A DNA stretch of 54,080 bases from a virus (Duplodnaviria; Heunggongvirae; Uroviricota; Caudoviricetes): the IMG/VR virus record IMGVR_UViG_3300028886_000034, positions 1 through 54,080 of that record; one strand, given 5' to 3'. The notes beneath the pieces are model-generated. The model searched no databases and had not been told where the DNA came from. It saw only the letters and a list, made by a program, of their open reading frames with translations. This document shows positions 28,459 through 37,148 of the stretch, in pieces. Position numbers and translations under genes: made by a program. Within the stretch, counting starts at the first letter, position 1, and each line of letters opens with the position of its first letter.

Positions 28459-29181
28459 CTATTTGGGTGTCACAGTAACCTGACCATTTGATCTAGTTAT
28501 TGTATAGTTTTCTATTGCATCAAACTGTGAGGCTCTTGAAGACCAGTTAGTGGCAGTTTTAAATGTATCAAGTAATGCTGATGGAACTAAAATCTTACAA
28601 GTAGTGTTAAGGTTTCCACAACTAGAATCAATCATCCGAAATTTAAAAGTAGGAGATCCAATAATTAAATATTCTAATGAACTACACTCTTCGAACATAT
28701 CCATCATATGATTAACCTTACCAGTATCCCAATTAGATACATCTAATGAAGTTAATGAATTACAATCATAAAACATATTCTCCATATCAGTTACGTTACT
28801 AGTATCCCAATTAGAAACATCTAATGTAGTTAATGAACTACAATTATCAAACATATAGCTCATATACATAACATTACTAGTATCCCAATTAGATACGTCT
28901 AATAAAGTTAATGAACGACACCCAGAAAACACATAGTCCATACTAGTAACATTACTAGTATCCCAATTAGATACATCTAATGAAGTTAATGAACTACAAT
29001 TATAAAACATGTTACCCATACCGGTCCCTCTAACGGAATTTAAATAATCAATTCCTGTTTGGTCTAATTCAGTCATGGTACTATATGTTTTAGTATAAGT
29101 GTTATAAGCCCAATTAGAAAGATCTACTAGAGGTTTTTCTTTCTCATCAAAGTTCTTCATCAATAATTTTTTATTAAACAT
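28459..29181 (-). CDS. short BspA/DUF285-like LRR protein (240 aa)
   Basis: Four near-identical 25-aa repeats SSLTSLDVSNWDTSNVT.M..MF plus the shared C-terminal module. Confidence 0.88.
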   Translation of the reverse strand: MFNKKLLMKNFDEKEKPLVDLSNWAYNTYTKTYSTMTELDQTGIDYLNSVRGTGMGNMFYNCSSLTSLDVSNWDTSNVTSMDYVFSGCRSLTLLDVSNWDTSNVMYMSYMFDNCSSLTTLDVSNWDTSNVTDMENMFYDCNSLTSLDVSNWDTGKVNHMMDMFEECSSLEYLIIGSPTFKFRMIDSSCGNLNTTCKILVPSALLDTFKTATNWSSRASQFDAIENYTITRSNGQVTVTPK

Positions 29182-29209
29182 CCTCCTCCAACCACCTCCA
29201 AATAAAAAC

Positions 29210-29461
29210 TTAATCTAAAATATATTCAGTTATCTTCCAGATATTATCTTTAACTCTATCAAACTTAAATTTTCCACCTTCTTTATGTTCACCACTATAA
29301 CTTTCATATTCTCCCGATAATAACTTATTCAATATTTCAATACCATACACATCTATAATCAAAGTTCTATATTGAGCTAATGATAAATCTATTGTAACTG
29401 TTTTTTCATTGGAAGTAACTCCTATAGGTCTATTATTATAACCAATAGGAGTACTCTCCAT
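29210..29461 (-). CDS. hypothetical protein
   Basis: ORF track; may extend to in-frame ATA 29509. Confidence 0.55.
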   Translation of the reverse strand: MESTPIGYNNRPIGVTSNEKTVTIDLSLAQYRTLIIDVYGIEILNKLLSGEYESYSGEHKEGGKFKFDRVKDNIWKITEYILD

Positions 29462-29581
29462 TCGTTTTATTTCATTCTCTAAATCAAATGCTCTTACAAA
29501 ATGAACTATATATAATCACGCTTTCTATAATAATTTAATACCAATTCATTCACATTTTATCTATATAATATATCCTTATAT

Positions 29582-29839
29582 TTACTTATTAATTAGTACT
29601 TTAAATAGCTCTTCTTTAAAGCTATCAAAATCTTTAATCAATTTAGATCTTAAATTAGGATTATAACTCTTTTCCCAATCTATACGATTCAACATCATAA
29701 AGTAATGAGCTTCTATTAAATTAAGCATATCCATCAAGTCATCGGTATCATATTTTTCATTGGATCTATTCATAGTCTCATTATGAATGGCTCCAACTGA
29801 ACAAGCTAAAGTTGCACCAGTAATTACAGGTATAGACAT
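29582..29839 (-). CDS. hypothetical protein
   Basis: ORF track; SD AAGGT. Confidence 0.55.
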   Translation of the reverse strand: MSIPVITGATLACSVGAIHNETMNRSNEKYDTDDLMDMLNLIEAHYFMMLNRIDWEKSYNPNLRSKLIKDFDSFKEELFKVLINK

Positions 29840-29843
29840 AGTT

Positions 29844-30332
29844 TTAAGATACCTTCTTTCCGTATTGATTATCTGAAATCAAATATACTCCCAATACTTC
29901 ATCCCAATGTTTTTCTTGGTTTGGTTTGAATCTACCAAATTTGAATATAATATTATCATATTTCTTAAATTTGTCAAGAATATGATTATTAATGAGTTCT
30001 TCTTCAGTATAACCTGTATATATAACAAAATCATCTTTACAATCTTTAGATCTAAAATATGATATAAGCTCAATAACTTCTTCCACTTGTAATATAGGTT
30101 CTAATCCACCTATAACTATAGCTGAAGTAATTGGATTATTGATGTATCTGTTATAAAGTTGTTCTGAAGTAAGCTCATGCTGTTTTGAATTGTAGAGAGA
30201 ATGGTTCTGACAGATTGACCTGTCAAAACCACCCTCATCACAGCACTTAAAATCACAATAACATGTGCCTATAAAAAGTGATGGCTTCTTATAGTTCACA
30301 AAGTCTTCATCTTTAAGATTAGTTAATCTCAA
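29844..30332 (-). CDS. nrdG: anaerobic ribonucleotide reductase activating enzyme (radical SAM)
   Basis: EDFVNYKKPSLFI, CDFKC...CQN, AIVIGGLEP, VIYTGY, LISDNQY; adjacent to nrdD; TTG start. Confidence 0.9.
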   Translation of the reverse strand: MRLTNLKDEDFVNYKKPSLFIGTCYCDFKCCDEGGFDRSICQNHSLYNSKQHELTSEQLYNRYINNPITSAIVIGGLEPILQVEEVIELISYFRSKDCKDDFVIYTGYTEEELINNHILDKFKKYDNIIFKFGRFKPNQEKHWDEVLGVYLISDNQYGKKVS

Positions 30333-31738
30333 AAGGTTTCTCCCATATCATTAATTTTAAACCAATCTCTCAAAGCAAATTCAGCCTTTCTTTCTTTAGA
30401 GTATGATTTCTCTGGTGTTAAAAAGCCAACTATTCTCTGCCATGTGGTTTCTGTAGGATCTCCACAGATTGGACACCTGGACCCATAATATGCATGGTTA
30501 TTTTTACAGGTGCTAATCCTTACACATAAAGCAAAGTACTTTACGCCACTATCAGCAATATAGTTAATCAATCTCCATGCAGTATCAAAATCATGTATAG
30601 GTGCATCAACGTTTGCGTGCAGTATTGAACCGCCTGAACAGGCAGCATCTAATACCGCAGACACTCTGACTTTTTCTTGTAAAGTAGTCTTAACACCTAA
30701 TGGTATAAATTGATTTCCATACAGTGGTAACTCATAAGCTTCATCTGGGAAGAATATCTGATCTTTCTGCATAAGAACAGCCGCAGCTCTTTCTCCAGGA
30801 ATCTGTTCAATATTAATCATATAATCCTTATCTTTAGCAAATTCAGTCTTAACATCAATCATCTTCTGCATAAAATCTTTGGCAAACTGAAGTCCTTCAT
30901 CAGTATAGAAGGTATTACCAAATTCATCTTTATAGGTAAAACCAAACTTCTGAATTGCCTCATATATGCCAATAATACCAATAGTATTATACTGAGATTC
31001 CAAATGAAGTGCTCCACAAGAATAATTTGGAAGTAATCCTTTTTCAATATTTCTCTTTATAATGTGTCTAATTACATCCAATGTCTGTAAGCACAAAATA
31101 GTTTTTTCTTCTAATAATTTCATATACTCTTCTTTAGTATTGGTTTCATATGCAATTCTAGCAAGATTAATTGTATTAACCTTAATAGATCCTACTTCTA
31201 ATGCTGTGCCCCCAATGCTGTTAAAGAAGGGAGTATTAATGTCAGAGACCAGTCTACAGCAGTTACTGAGACTTGTCACATCCTCAGAAATATAGAAATT
31301 GCTGTCATTCCAACGCATATTATGCTGCACAGCAAACCTTGCAAATTCTTCATCTATAAACTTACCATCAACTCTAAGCAATGAAAAGGTTAATACTGGG
31401 AATGTCATCATATTAGTTTCTCTAATCTTTGACACAACTTTCATAAACGCCTTTTCATAATTAATAAACTCTTCCTCAAAATCAATCATATAACTTCCAT
31501 CAGGGAAGGTTTTATCTCCAAAAAGTGCTTCAAAATATTCTCTATCAAAAATAGTAAAATTTGTAAATGAACTTTGGTTCACTCTCAGGTACGGTTGGTT
31601 CAGTTTAAAAATTATGCGTTGGAACTCATTGTCTCTATAATATTCTTGACTTTTGGGGTAATACCCATTCTCACAATCTTTCTTCCAAAAATAAAATGAG
31701 TAAATTAAGAAATTGGGGAGTCCACAAGCTCCTGAACT
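30329..31738 (-). CDS. nrdD: anaerobic (class III) ribonucleotide reductase, exon 2
   Basis: Frame open from AGT TCA GGA GCT TGT GGA (SSGACGLPNF) to the stop at 30329; contains MMTFPV, LSNCCRL, IEQIPGE, CSGG, C..NH...CPICG, RIVGFL (glycyl-radical motif). Confidence 0.93.
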   Translation of the reverse strand, partial: SSGACGLPNFLIYSFYFWKKDCENGYYPKSQEYYRDNEFQRIIFKLNQPYLRVNQSSFTNFTIFDREYFEALFGDKTFPDGSYMIDFEEEFINYEKAFMKVVSKIRETNMMTFPVLTFSLLRVDGKFIDEEFARFAVQHNMRWNDSNFYISEDVTSLSNCCRLVSDINTPFFNSIGGTALEVGSIKVNTINLARIAYETNTKEEYMKLLEEKTILCLQTLDVIRHIIKRNIEKGLLPNYSCGALHLESQYNTIGIIGIYEAIQKFGFTYKDEFGNTFYTDEGLQFAKDFMQKMIDVKTEFAKDKDYMINIEQIPGERAAAVLMQKDQIFFPDEAYELPLYGNQFIPLGVKTTLQEKVRVSAVLDAACSGGSILHANVDAPIHDFDTAWRLINYIADSGVKYFALCVRISTCKNNHAYYGSRCPICGDPTETTWQRIVGFLTPEKSYSKERKAEFALRDWFKINDMGETF

Positions 31739-31962
31739 TTTTAGCTTAAAAAACTAAAAGACTATATCTTCAACCTAATATTTAGGCCCTTGCACTTCAA
31801 ACTTTAACTTTATGAAAGTTAGTTTTACTTCCTTTTAAAGGAATAGTCGTTGATCTTGTTTAATTATTATTAAACGTAGATGCTGATTAGGTTAATTAAC
31901 CTTTCCAGCAGTTCACAATTGAATTACAATATAGATTACTCTATAAAGTCGCAGTTTTATCC
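31739..31962 (-). ncRNA. group I intron (IA2-like, ORF-less, 224 nt) in nrdD
   Basis: P (GAACTGCTGGAAA), Q (AATCAGCA), R (TCAACGACTA), S (AAGATATAGTC); P2 TATAGA-GTAA-TCTATA; P7.1 TTCCTTTAAAAGGAA; P7.2; P8 GGCCTAA/TAGGTT; IGS AACTGCGA pairs with ligated exons TCGT|AGTT; removal restores in-frame SNR|SSGA. Confidence 0.92.
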
Positions 31963-32493
31963 ACGATTGCTCATATAGGACACGAATTCTCCAACAAAGT
32001 CTGTAAAGGTAGTTAAATGCTGTGGTGGTTGATGGTTAAAGTTGTCCTTAATAAAATACAACCCCTTCTCAGCCAGATCTTTTAAATCATAAGCAAAGCA
32101 GTAAGGCAAAAAGCTAGTACTGTAGGCATCATGATTATAAAAGTGCCCATCCCACTCATTCTTTAACCAGTCTCTAGCTACTTCAACACCATACTTCTTC
32201 TTTAACTCATAGAATATTTTATTAAATGATTCAAGCTTAAGTTCTGGTTTTCTCATTTCTACCATTAATGAGCAGATATCTTTAGTACTTGCATTAGCAT
32301 TACCATCTATAGATGCATCTGCTGTGGAGGTATTCTTATCAACAAAGTTATCTATAAATTCTGTATTATTTAATTGGCTATTACTCAAACCATTGAGTAT
32401 AGTTAATTTATTACCGTATTCTTTCTTTAATCCTTTAAGACATTCAACAAAGTCTTCATCTAACTTAATACTAATATCTAAGTATCCAGCCAT
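31963..32493 (-). CDS. nrdD: anaerobic ribonucleotide reductase, exon 1 (no ATP cone)
   Basis: DASIDGNANA, GHFYNHD...PYCFAYDL, PPQHL.TF...V.EFVSYMSNR; 177 codons up to the intron. Confidence 0.92.
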
Positions 32494-32494
32494 A

Positions 32495-32704
32495 CTACTG
32501 ATTATCCTCCCAATTATTCACATACTTGACTGCTTTACCATAGGTCAGTATAGTTCCATCATCCAATTCAAGAACAGGTACTGATCTGAATCCTTTAGAT
32601 TTCATCAGCTCTTTATCTTCACACACTTCATACTTAATTTCTTTTTCATTAAGTTTTGACTCAAGGATTTTACATTTTGAACATCCAGTCGTATATAACA
32701 GCAT
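32495..32704 (-). CDS. glutaredoxin/NrdH-like redoxin
   Basis: LYTTGCSKC (CxxC), SVPVL; next to nrdD. Confidence 0.85.
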   Translation of the reverse strand: MLLYTTGCSKCKILESKLNEKEIKYEVCEDKELMKSKGFRSVPVLELDDGTILTYGKAVKYVNNWEDNQ

Positions 32705-32743
32705 ATTATATCATTACCTCCATTTATATTTGAGTAAAGAAAA

Positions 32744-32780
32744 ACTCCTCACTCTGGAGATATTATACCAGAAGAGGAGT
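32744..32780 (-). terminator. intrinsic terminator
   Basis: ACTCCTC..CTGG/CCAG..GAGGAGT stem with T-run on the minus strand. Confidence 0.6.
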
Positions 32781-32801
32781 CTCTTTAAAAGATTTATTTA
32801 A

Positions 32802-33389
32802 TTATTTTATAGGAAAATCTTTAAGAAGTTTATCAACAAAGGTTTCCTGTTTAATTTTTGGCTTATTGATTTCAGCCAACTCCTCTTCAGTAAGAACAAC
32901 AACTGGGATATCATCAATATCTTTATTGAATGCGTTAATTTTATCAATAAAAGACTGGGTAACCCCTTCAATTTCCAGTTTAGTTCTTGATGGAATGAAC
33001 ATTTTATTAGAGATATTGTAATGAAGAGTTCCATCAAAGCTTTTAGACTCTGCCGTGATTTCAATAGTTTTACCAAAAACATTTTCATCACAGTTTTCTC
33101 TCCATCTTTTTACTGCTGAAAGAAGGTTAATAACCACATCATAGTCATTAATTTTAGGAGTGATTATAATGCATTTCCTTCTATTAACCATCTCTTTTAG
33201 TTCTTTATCCATATCTGGAACTTTAATATTTGATTCAAAAGTTTTAGGATGAAAATAAGTTTTAGGGCTATATTTAGGATTACAATTCCTACAAATACCC
33301 ATAATTACATCATCACTAAGATGCATAGATTCTTCATAAGATTTACCAGATAAAGTAATGCTTATGACCACATTAAAATCATTAAACAA
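32802..33389 (-). CDS. hypothetical protein (195 aa)
   Basis: ORF track; TTG start. Confidence 0.65.
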   Translation of the reverse strand: MFNDFNVVISITLSGKSYEESMHLSDDVIMGICRNCNPKYSPKTYFHPKTFESNIKVPDMDKELKEMVNRRKCIIITPKINDYDVVINLLSAVKRWRENCDENVFGKTIEITAESKSFDGTLHYNISNKMFIPSRTKLEIEGVTQSFIDKINAFNKDIDDIPVVVLTEEELAEINKPKIKQETFVDKLLKDFPIK

Positions 33390-33391
33390 AA

Positions 33392-33694
33392 TTAATCCAA
33401 CTCACTTTCTTCAATGATTTCTTTATTATAGATTGTCGCAACATACTGCTCAACTTGGCATCCCTTAGAATTTGCTCTATCTTTAGCCATAACTACTAGA
33501 TCTGCATCAGCCATAAGATTGAGAGTAAGTCCAAGATATTTAATATCATTAGTATCATTACCACCTAAGATAATAGAGTTAATGATAGTAGCATCTGGAT
33601 ATTTAGTATGAAGTTTGGATACAATATTTTTCCTAGTTGCAAAGATTTCTGAATTTGATTTACCTGTAATAGGCTGAGAAATAAAGATTTTCAT
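33392..33694 (-). CDS. DUF4406 / nucleoside 2-deoxyribosyltransferase-like protein
   Basis: MKIFISQPITG...LM..AD.V......NSKGCQVE..VA pattern. Confidence 0.75.
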   Translation of the reverse strand: MKIFISQPITGKSNSEIFATRKNIVSKLHTKYPDATIINSIILGGNDTNDIKYLGLTLNLMADADLVVMAKDRANSKGCQVEQYVATIYNKEIIEESELD

Positions 33695-33715
33695 ATTAAT
33701 GCAAACCTTCTTTCT

Positions 33716-34930
33716 TTAAAGATTATCCAAATTCAATTCATCTGTAGGTTCTGAACCAAGAGAATCAAGTTTACTAAGAAGATCCTGATCTTCATCAGAC
33801 AAATCAGATTCAACTTCTTTAACTTTCTTGATCTGAAGATTTTTATCCCACGGATTATTTGTTTGAATTTCTGATTTACAGATGTTATACTGCTCTTCAA
33901 ACTTTTCCCTAAAGGTTTCGTCAGTATCATAAAGTTTTTTAATGTCTCTTCTACTGAATTTAAAATCTTTATAATTTTTCAAAGCATTCTTAGGTCCAGA
34001 AGTAATAAAACATTTAGCTTCCCTAATAAGATTCTCTTTAGTCCAAAAATCTGAAAATCCTGTTGCATAATCGAGAACTACTTGGATAGGAATTTTAGGG
34101 GCAAAGTTCTTATTTTTAAGAAATGTCATCTCTGTTTTAAACCCTCTAATACCCATCATATCATAATCCAATTCACCCTTATTCCTAGTTCGGCACATAT
34201 TAAAGGGATAATACTGCATTACAGAACCACCAGTAATCTTCTGATTAGATCCAAAATTCATATCAAACCTTACTTCATAAGGATTCTGACTAATCTTATC
34301 TCTTAATTGAGAAATAATAACCAAAGTGATGTTTGTTTTAGCAATATATGGGATTAACTGATTCATAATAAATCCCAAAGTTCTTGAATGCTCTCCCATT
34401 ACTTTAGAAGACTCAGCTGCTTCAAGGCTTTTTTGTGTAGGTGTCACTGATTCAGAATCCCACACTACAATATATGGAACATCTTTAACCTTATGCTCTA
34501 TTTTAAACTTAGCCAATCCTCTAACAATTGAAGCTATTCTTTCCATTGTTAATTCAGAATTGCTAAAAAGTTTAGTTCTTTTAGGATCACAACCCAATTC
34601 AATAAGTCTCTTCATACTAATTGCTTGCTCAACATCAATAAATACTCCAATTGAACGAGGGTCATAATGCTGAAAGCCTACAATATACTGAATCGCACAC
34701 GAGCTCTTTGCGGACCCAGCGGCACCAGTCATTGAGCACAGTTTACCTACTGGAACTCCGCCGCCAAGGACTTCATCAAGAAGGTCTATTCCAGTAGGAA
34801 CACACCTAATTTCATCACTACCAGTCAGATCTTCCAAACCACTAATTTTACTTAATGCATCGTCCAATCCAGCAATAAGATCATCAGCAACCTGTTCTAC
34901 TTCAGTACCATCTGCTTTTTTTCTTGGCAT
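33716..34930 (-). CDS. recA: RecA/UvsX-like recombinase
   Basis: PTGIDLLDEVLGGG, GAAGSAKSS (Walker A), FIDVEQA, VVWDS, ISQLRDKI, TGG...YY, KNKNFAP. Confidence 0.9.
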   Translation of the reverse strand: MPRKKADGTEVEQVADDLIAGLDDALSKISGLEDLTGSDEIRCVPTGIDLLDEVLGGGVPVGKLCSMTGAAGSAKSSCAIQYIVGFQHYDPRSIGVFIDVEQAISMKRLIELGCDPKRTKLFSNSELTMERIASIVRGLAKFKIEHKVKDVPYIVVWDSESVTPTQKSLEAAESSKVMGEHSRTLGFIMNQLIPYIAKTNITLVIISQLRDKISQNPYEVRFDMNFGSNQKITGGSVMQYYPFNMCRTRNKGELDYDMMGIRGFKTEMTFLKNKNFAPKIPIQVVLDYATGFSDFWTKENLIREAKCFITSGPKNALKNYKDFKFSRRDIKKLYDTDETFREKFEEQYNICKSEIQTNNPWDKNLQIKKVKEVESDLSDEDQDLLSKLDSLGSEPTDELNLDNL

Positions 34931-34934
34931 AGCT

Positions 34935-35249
34935 CTACTTATCCCCCTTCAAAGTTTTTTCAAAAATATCCATAAGTCCCCTTGCTACAGCAACTGATAT
35001 AGCAATCCAAAGAAGTTTATCTGAAATAATAAATGGCAATGGCATAACTAATGATAGCAATTTCATAGCAAATACTACAGGATATCCTGCAAATAATATA
35101 AGCAACACTATTCCCCAGGTTGTTAAGGTAATACTATTTGCTACAAAAATTTCCTGATACATTGTATAGTACATAAAAATAAATAATCCTAATGTTAAAC
35201 AAGTTGTTATACCATATACAATTGATAATGCTTTTTCCTCTTTATTCAT
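34935..35249 (-). CDS. membrane protein (about 3 TM)
   Basis: ORF track; hydrophobic. Confidence 0.65.
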   Translation of the reverse strand: MNKEEKALSIVYGITTCLTLGLFIFMYYTMYQEIFVANSITLTTWGIVLLILFAGYPVVFAMKLLSLVMPLPFIISDKLLWIAISVAVARGLMDIFEKTLKGDK

Positions 35250-35313
35250 AGGGTCATTACCACTGCCTTTCTATTTTAGATTTTGTTAACAGCATGTAAA
35301 TATTGATAAATAC

Positions 35314-35388
35314 TGGCCTCGCCACTCAGAATCGAACTGAGATCATGGGTTTAGAAGACCCGGATTCTTTCCATTGAACTATGGCGAG
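35314..35388 (-). tRNA. tRNA-Arg (anticodon UCU), CCA encoded
   Basis: CTCGCCA/TGGCGAG acceptor stem, D arm GTTC/GAAT, anticodon loop CT-TCT-AA, T arm CTCAG-TTCGATT-CTGAG, G73-CCA; C27-A43 mismatch. Confidence 0.95.
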
Positions 35389-35402
35389 GCATTTAAAATG
35401 TA

Positions 35403-35520
35403 TACTGGTTGTTAACTGATGGCAGTTGTCTACCAAAGAATAGCATGCTATTAACTCCCCACCCAGTAATCCTCAGACTAAAGGGCCAATTTATTTAACA
35501 GGGCAGTTAACAACTCAGTA
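35403..35520 (-). ncRNA. candidate structured ncRNA immediately upstream of tRNA-Arg
   Basis: 16-bp closing helix TACTG(A)GTTGTTAACTG/CAGTTAACAACCAGTA enclosing hairpins TAGTC-TGAG-GATTA, AATAG-CATG-CTATT and GGTAG-ACAA-CTGCC; no ORF; family not recognised. Confidence 0.5.
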
Positions 35521-35528
35521 AAAATATT

Positions 35529-35921
35529 TTACTCTTCTTCAGAACTTTTGTCAAGATCCTTTTGCTTAGATTTTTCAAAAAGAACAAGAAGTTTATCAAC
35601 TGAATCAGCAGTAATTGAATTAGGATCAGTTGTATTATCAGGATTCTCAAACTTATTAACTAAGTCATATCTCTTTTCTAAGGATCTTGTAATAGAATCT
35701 TCAGCATCTAACTTAGTTTTAAGTAATTGACTAAATGTTTGAATTATAATACTAATATCAGCAGTTCTTGGTAAATTTTGGCTACCTCTTACTGCATGCA
35801 TAATTTTAGCTTCAAGTTCATCTATAACTTTAGTTGCCTGAGAACTAATCCCCTCATACTTCTCTTTTCTTTTTGCTAAATCTTCAAGGATCAACTCTAG
35901 CTCTTTATACTTATCTACCAT
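35529..35921 (-). CDS. hypothetical coiled-coil protein
   Basis: ORF track; SD AGGAGG. Confidence 0.7.
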   Translation of the reverse strand: MVDKYKELELILEDLAKRKEKYEGISSQATKVIDELEAKIMHAVRGSQNLPRTADISIIIQTFSQLLKTKLDAEDSITRSLEKRYDLVNKFENPDNTTDPNSITADSVDKLLVLFEKSKQKDLDKSSEEE

Positions 35922-36411
35922 AAAGAGGATCCTCCTGCAGTTCTAAAATAATCTCTAAAGCTTTATTAAGAGGATACACATATACTCTATTTCCATCAAT
36001 ATCTTCTGTAACTATCCTAGTACAATCAATTAAATCGCATTCATAAAAATTTGTCAACACCAAAATTTCAGAATAAGGTTTTGAAAGTATTACTCCTGAG
36101 AATCTTGGTTCTTGTTTCATTTTTATTTTATACTTTTCAACAGCTTCTTTATTCTGCTTTAGAAATTTACTTAATTGTTTATTTAATTTAGGGAATATTG
36201 ATTTCAAATCCCAATCATATCCAAACTTACATTCAAATATAAATGGATACTTAATAGGGTCTGTAAAAAATAAATCACCAAATTCAAATTCTCCATTTCC
36301 AGAATTAGGAGACCTAACACACTCATTTTCTCTTAGATTAAGAGTATTCCTTAAATGCGTAGCAATTTTATCTTCAAAGTATTTACCTTTAGCTTTTTGT
36401 TTACTAGTCAT
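35911..36411 (-). CDS. Holliday junction resolvase-like PD-(D/E)xK nuclease
   Basis: SKQKAKGKYFEDKIA...RSPNSG...GDL...FECK. Confidence 0.75.
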   Translation of the reverse strand: MTSKQKAKGKYFEDKIATHLRNTLNLRENECVRSPNSGNGEFEFGDLFFTDPIKYPFIFECKFGYDWDLKSIFPKLNKQLSKFLKQNKEAVEKYKIKMKQEPRFSGVILSKPYSEILVLTNFYECDLIDCTRIVTEDIDGNRVYVYPLNKALEIILELQEDPLYGR

Positions 36412-36414
36412 ATT

Positions 36415-37122
36415 TTAATCCACATAAATAAGTGCATTAGGAGGTAACTGCTCAAGTCTCTGGATAACTTTATCTTTTAGCTCATTACCTGTATTAGCTA
36501 TGTCTCCACTAACTGGTATTTCTCCAAAAGGTGTGGTCAATGAAGAATATTTTAGTCTAATATTACCAATTATAGTCATAATATCAGCTAAACATAAGAA
36601 TAAAAATTCTGATTCATACTGATATGGAATATAGTAAAGTGATTCTGGCTGAGCTCTATAGTACATAATCTTTAACTTATCAGGCCGCATGCTCATGTTG
36701 ATTCTTAATCTATTTGGGGGAAAGAATCTCCATGAAAGACCTGCTTTAGAGAAATGCTCTACTGTCTTTTCTCTCTCAACTGACTGAGCATAATTAGCTA
36801 AAGAATCATATGACGCTATAGGAGCTTGATATTCCCAGCCATTAATAAATGCATTATTCCAAGGCATTGGAATATCTACTATATCCATAATTTGAGCACC
36901 TTCAGGCTCATGCAGTAAAAACATATTCTCATCATCAGTCTTATTATCAGAATCATTACAATCTAAAGTCATTTCCTGATAATCCGGAACATACTTGCTG
37001 AACTCCATTATAGAGAAGTTTCTAATATATTCCCACATATCTTCATCAGACTTTTCAATGGTAACATTTGGAAATCCTAATCTTTGTTTAACAAAAAAGA
37101 TTACTTTCTGTTTAGATAACAA
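36415..37122 (-). CDS. T4 gp13-like neck/head-completion protein
   Basis: FVKQRLGFPNVTIE.SDE.M...I...F.KY.P N-terminus; start moved to TTG 37122 after AAGGTGA. Confidence 0.55.
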   Translation of the reverse strand: MLSKQKVIFFVKQRLGFPNVTIEKSDEDMWEYIRNFSIMEFSKYVPDYQEMTLDCNDSDNKTDDENMFLLHEPEGAQIMDIVDIPMPWNNAFINGWEYQAPIASYDSLANYAQSVEREKTVEHFSKAGLSWRFFPPNRLRINMSMRPDKLKIMYYRAQPESLYYIPYQYESEFLFLCLADIMTIIGNIRLKYSSLTTPFGEIPVSGDIANTGNELKDKVIQRLEQLPPNALIYVD

Positions 37123-37148
37123 TTTAAATATCACCTTCTTTAGTATAA

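Noticed and set aside
22444-29181. Diversity-generating retroelement TR/VR pair between the two DUF285 C-termini
   Set aside because: Differences are largely synonymous and not adenine-specific, both copies are coding, and no reverse transcriptase is in the window
30329-32493. nrdD as a broken pseudogene or two-chain enzyme
   Set aside because: The interruption is fully explained by a group I intron whose removal restores the frame
35403-35520. Hammerhead or pistol ribozyme (CTGAGGA and GTTAAATA motifs present)
   Set aside because: The hammerhead GAAA element after stem II is missing and the pistol P1/pseudoknot is not found; kept only as an unclassified ncRNA candidate
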